DNA of 64,000 nucleotides from Chrysemys picta bellii (taxonomy: Eukaryota), in NCBI RefSeq assembly GCF_011386835.1, contig NC_088800.1:20708001-20772000 (forward strand). Direction: 5' to 3'. A model generated the notes under the pieces. That model made no database searches, was not told where the DNA came from, and worked only from the letters and a program-made list of their open reading frames with translations. Shown here piece by piece: positions 60,601 to 64,000 of the stretch (positions are counted from its first letter, which is position 1; each line of letters opens with the position of its first letter). Made by a program: the position numbers and the translations under genes.

Positions 60601-62999
60601 CTTCCCCCCCCCCCCCCCCTTGCTTTTGAGATGTAAAGCTTGAAAGGCTTGTCAGTTTTCAGCTTGTTCTTAAAATTTGAAATTTCACGTCTACCCTGAA
60701 AGCGATGACTGGAGAACTAGTCAAGTTATGCCATGTGACTGAAAGTTGAGCAATTGAAAGGGGGAAAACAGTTTAATCAGCATTCAGAAACATTTTTTTG
60801 CTTTTACACCTATTTAACTCCAATTGCTAAAACGCTAAAAAAAGGAGACAGGATTACTTAGAGACTTAACACTTCTGTCCTTTCACTTCTGATGTGAGTT
60901 CATGAGACTGCCAGAAAGTACTCTCGTTTTCCTCGAGTTTGCTAGCCATACATGATTTTAAAGGTTTAAATCTCTCTCACACACACACAATTCAAGCCTC
61001 CCCATCAGAGCAGCAAAATAGGCAAACCGCAAACTTGTTAAAACCCTTTACTTGTCACTGAAGGTACTAAAATAAATTCATTTCTTTAAAGGACCATTAT
61101 TGATCTTTGCCTCCTAATTGATGCTTGCAAGGAAATGATGTTTAAAGTTAAGTGATAACTGCTCTTGTATGAGAGGAACTGAACCTTTATCTCCAGTCTT
61201 GGCAGATAAATTTTGTAATTTTGATACCTGCTTGGTAAATCAGCTTAAAATAATGCTATACATGTAATGCTGTTTAAGATCTTAATGTTAGGTAGAACAA
61301 ATCCATAATTTTCTGAACAACTTGAGCAATGACGTAAATATTTTTTCTCAAATGCATTCATTGTTACATAGCCACATGAGTAGATGCCCATCACCTAGAT
61401 TGGGAAGGCTGATGGTGCAGCACAATGGTACAGCCAAGGTCAATTTTCCAGGAAATATTCTTCTTGGGAAATATCAGATGGAGAAAGGAAGTTTAACTAT
61501 GAAAACTTCTCAATACAGTCTTTAGGTAGCTCTGAACTAGCCCTTTTCAAAGCAGTAATGGCTGAATTATCTTGTCAACCACTTCTATGGGGCAGTGGGT
61601 GGGAGAGGAACTTGAACTATGAACATGCAATCTGAGGCTAACCTTTTTCAGAAGAGTATCCTCCCCAGTTGTGGAAAAGGAAACTAGATGGGAAAAATCA
61701 TTCATTCCTCAGTGATTGAGTCAGTTGACATGATATAGCAGCAAGTAAAGTACATACCCACTATGGTTACCATCCATACAAGGACATATGTAAATGCAGA
61801 AATCCACACAGCTGACATGAAAAATGTCACCATGAACCAGTTTTTCCAAAACTGTCTTCTGCAGTCTGGTGTGGTCAAATATAGTAGTGTAATAATAGGA
61901 AGAGAGAGCACCCAGACAATTCTTTTTAAATCTGCTTCAGGGATGGTGAAGACACTTGGAGGATCTGTTGGAGATTAAAAGGTAAACCATTTTAAACTAT
62001 CCCTGTAATGAGGCTATGTTTGTGTATAATCTGATAACCTGACTCTTAAGAATGATGGGCAAAAGCATACAAAAATACAGTCTCAAACAAGTTTTCCCTT
62101 TCTTTCATCACTAGGAAAAGCCCCCTGAGTTATTTTGCTTACTTGAGTAACCTGAGCTTCTTTGTAATCTGTTTGTTTGGTGCTTCCTTAGTGAGTAACT
62201 AGGTCCATAAGTGAAGTTTTTCCATAAGTACCTGATGATTAGTCACATCAGGGGGTCACTTTCTTTTTTTAAATTCCTGCCTCAGAAGCATTAGTCAAAT
62301 CCATACTATAGCACATTTTGGGGGTTATAAAACTGCCCGTTTCACAGAACACCAGTATCACACAGTTAGTGCAGGTAGCAGTTATATCAAATGAAAGACT
62401 TATCAGCTGAGCCATTGAGAAGTTTCAAATATGCACTTCAAAGAATCTCAAGGAAAGTTACTCTACTCATCATTCATAGTTCTTCTGTGGCTCAAATGAA
62501 TGACTGCTTTGGCATTCTTCCAGTGGATAACTTTATATAACCAGCTCTGTGTTTTGATTTTGCTAAAGATCAGATTCCAAGAAGGAATAGTAGTGTATTA
62601 AACTCAACTAGAGTTCTTTCCTGGTCTAAACCATTTGAAATTAATCTTGCAATTTACTCAACCCCCATTCCCATAATTAAAGACACACGTAGACTGGTAG
62701 AGGCTGTATTAATACCTTCAGAAATTTCATCAAGCCCATGTAAACTTATAGAAAGTTGTGAGTAGTCTGATTCATCATGAAAAATTCCACTATCGATTCT
62801 TGATTGTCGACAAATTAGTGGTTCACATTCTTCCTTCCAGCCAATTAATGGCTGCTGTTCAGTGTTTTCTTCCATAGCTTTTGCAAAACAAGTACAGCAG
62901 GGACTAAACTTCTTCATAATATATTGATTGATTTTAATATCAAAACACAGCACCAGAATATATAACCCATAAATCAGCAGCAGGGAAGCACCTTCATAC
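57290..62999 (-). CDS. SLC24A5: Na/K/Ca exchanger 5 (NCKX5), last four coding exons; 5' exons lie beyond the right edge
   Basis: Exons 62716-62999 ([26 protein letters not shown]...[15 protein letters not shown]), 61758-61964 ([23 protein letters not shown]...WMVTIV), 58063-58164 ([34 protein letters not shown]), 57290-57612 ([22 protein letters not shown]...KVCGG*). All have GT-AG ends and stay in phase; alpha-2 repeat motif present. Confidence 0.97.
58063..58164 (-). CDS. SLC24A5: SLC24A5 penultimate exon
   Basis: ctacag|GT GAT ACG...AGG AAA G|gtaaga. Confidence 0.96.
59731..59965 (-). mobile_element. CR1 LINE 3' UTR fragment
   Basis: Reverse complement of the same CR1 3' UTR seen at 25120-25285 plus 26412-26472. 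Confidence 0.88.
61758..61964 (-). CDS. SLC24A5: SLC24A5 internal exon (207 nt)
   Basis: caacag|AT CCT CCA AGT...ATA GTG G|gtatgt. Confidence 0.96.
62716..62999 (-). CDS. SLC24A5: SLC24A5 internal exon (284 nt)
   Basis: attctag|G TAT GAA GGT...TCT GAA G|gtatta. Confidence 0.95.
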
Positions 63000-64000
63000 C
63001 TAGAATAAAAATTGGATTTTACATAAAAATCCAACTCATTTTTATCTTCAGTTATTTTTAAAGAAATTGATTTTAAAAAAGCTGTTTTAGCTGAGTAATA
63101 CTTAAGTGACTGCCCACTCAGGCGATAATTAATTGGCTTTGGCAGCAAAAGGAAAATAAGTGGAAACAAACTTATTTCCCCAATGCAGATTATCAAAGAT
63201 TTCTAATTTACAAGGGGACATGTTACGTATAGATACCATAATGGAGACTAATGTTTCTTCTTATTTTACAGCAATTTGATTAATATACTACAGCCCCAGT
63301 CCCACAAACACTTATCTATGAAAGTATTCTATCATCTTATAGAACTACTCATGAGTAAACATTTGCAAGACTGAATCCTATTATGTTAATCAACAGAAGG
63401 CATGGTCTGAGCTCTAGGAACTTCAGAGTTCTATTCCTGGGTTTAGCTAATCTGCTAAAGGCTACACAGAGGAACTTATTTGTAAAGAGAAACTAGTCCA
63501 AATATCTTCTGGTGCAAATGGGTGCAACTCCATTGACTTAAGTAGTGTTGTCCCTTTATATTAGAACTGAGCCCACTATTTGTAAACTCAGCTCACAAGG
63601 ATGTTGAGGATTTTAATGGTCTTTGAAGATAAAAAATGCCAAATGAGTGCAATGTATTTAATAATGAACATGGAATAATGACAGGTGGTAGGTGCTTCCA
63701 TTACCCAGTGAAAGAAAAACCTAAAAATTCAGATCTCATGCATATTGCAGGCTAATTTCTGTGGGAAAGAAGAAAAGCGGAGGCTGAATGGTTCAGGAAA
63801 TTGGTAATTAAAGACTAAAGCCTCTCCTCATAGGTTCACATCCAATCGAGGTCAATATTGACTGAAAATAGTTACCATTGGATAGTTCAGCAGTTCATAT
63901 GAGTTACTCCATCCATTTGATAGTGGACAACTGTCTCAAGTCAGGTGCACAAAAGAGGTTAACAAAGGAACAGACTGAAGACTAATGGTTGTGCAAGGTA

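Noticed and set aside
63000-63196. N-terminal 65 aa of the 180-aa ORF as extra SLC24A5 coding sequence
   Set aside because: Open intronic frame upstream of the acceptor at 63000; no similarity to NCKX5.

Overview
Vertebrate genomic DNA, most likely a turtle or other reptile. This is inferred from the CR1 3' ends and the hAT/Harbinger MITE landscape. The window is the conserved SLC12A1-CTXN2-MYEF2-SLC24A5 block. It holds the first coding exon and probable promoter of SLC12A1/NKCC2 (minus, runs off the left edge), the complete CTXN2 ORF (minus), and a complete 18-coding-exon MYEF2 gene (plus, 635 aa as spliced by hand). The last four coding exons of SLC24A5 (minus) lie tail-to-tail with MYEF2. 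Intergenic and intronic DNA is dense in transposons: a full-length decayed hAT with perfect 8-bp TSD, several hAT, Tc1/mariner-like and Harbinger-like MITEs, CR1 LINE fragments and two solo LTRs nested in one CR1. The most notable observation is an inverted pair of one MITE family bracketing MYEF2 exons 11-14, a 318-nt frame-symmetric block that would give a stop-less circular ORF if back-spliced. Other highlights are a U12 intron, an 8-nt microexon splitting RNP1, a chimeric MITE carrying a ~880-bp nested palindrome, and a candidate RE1 site by CTXN2. All coordinates were read by eye. Family names are from recalled consensus features, not database searches.
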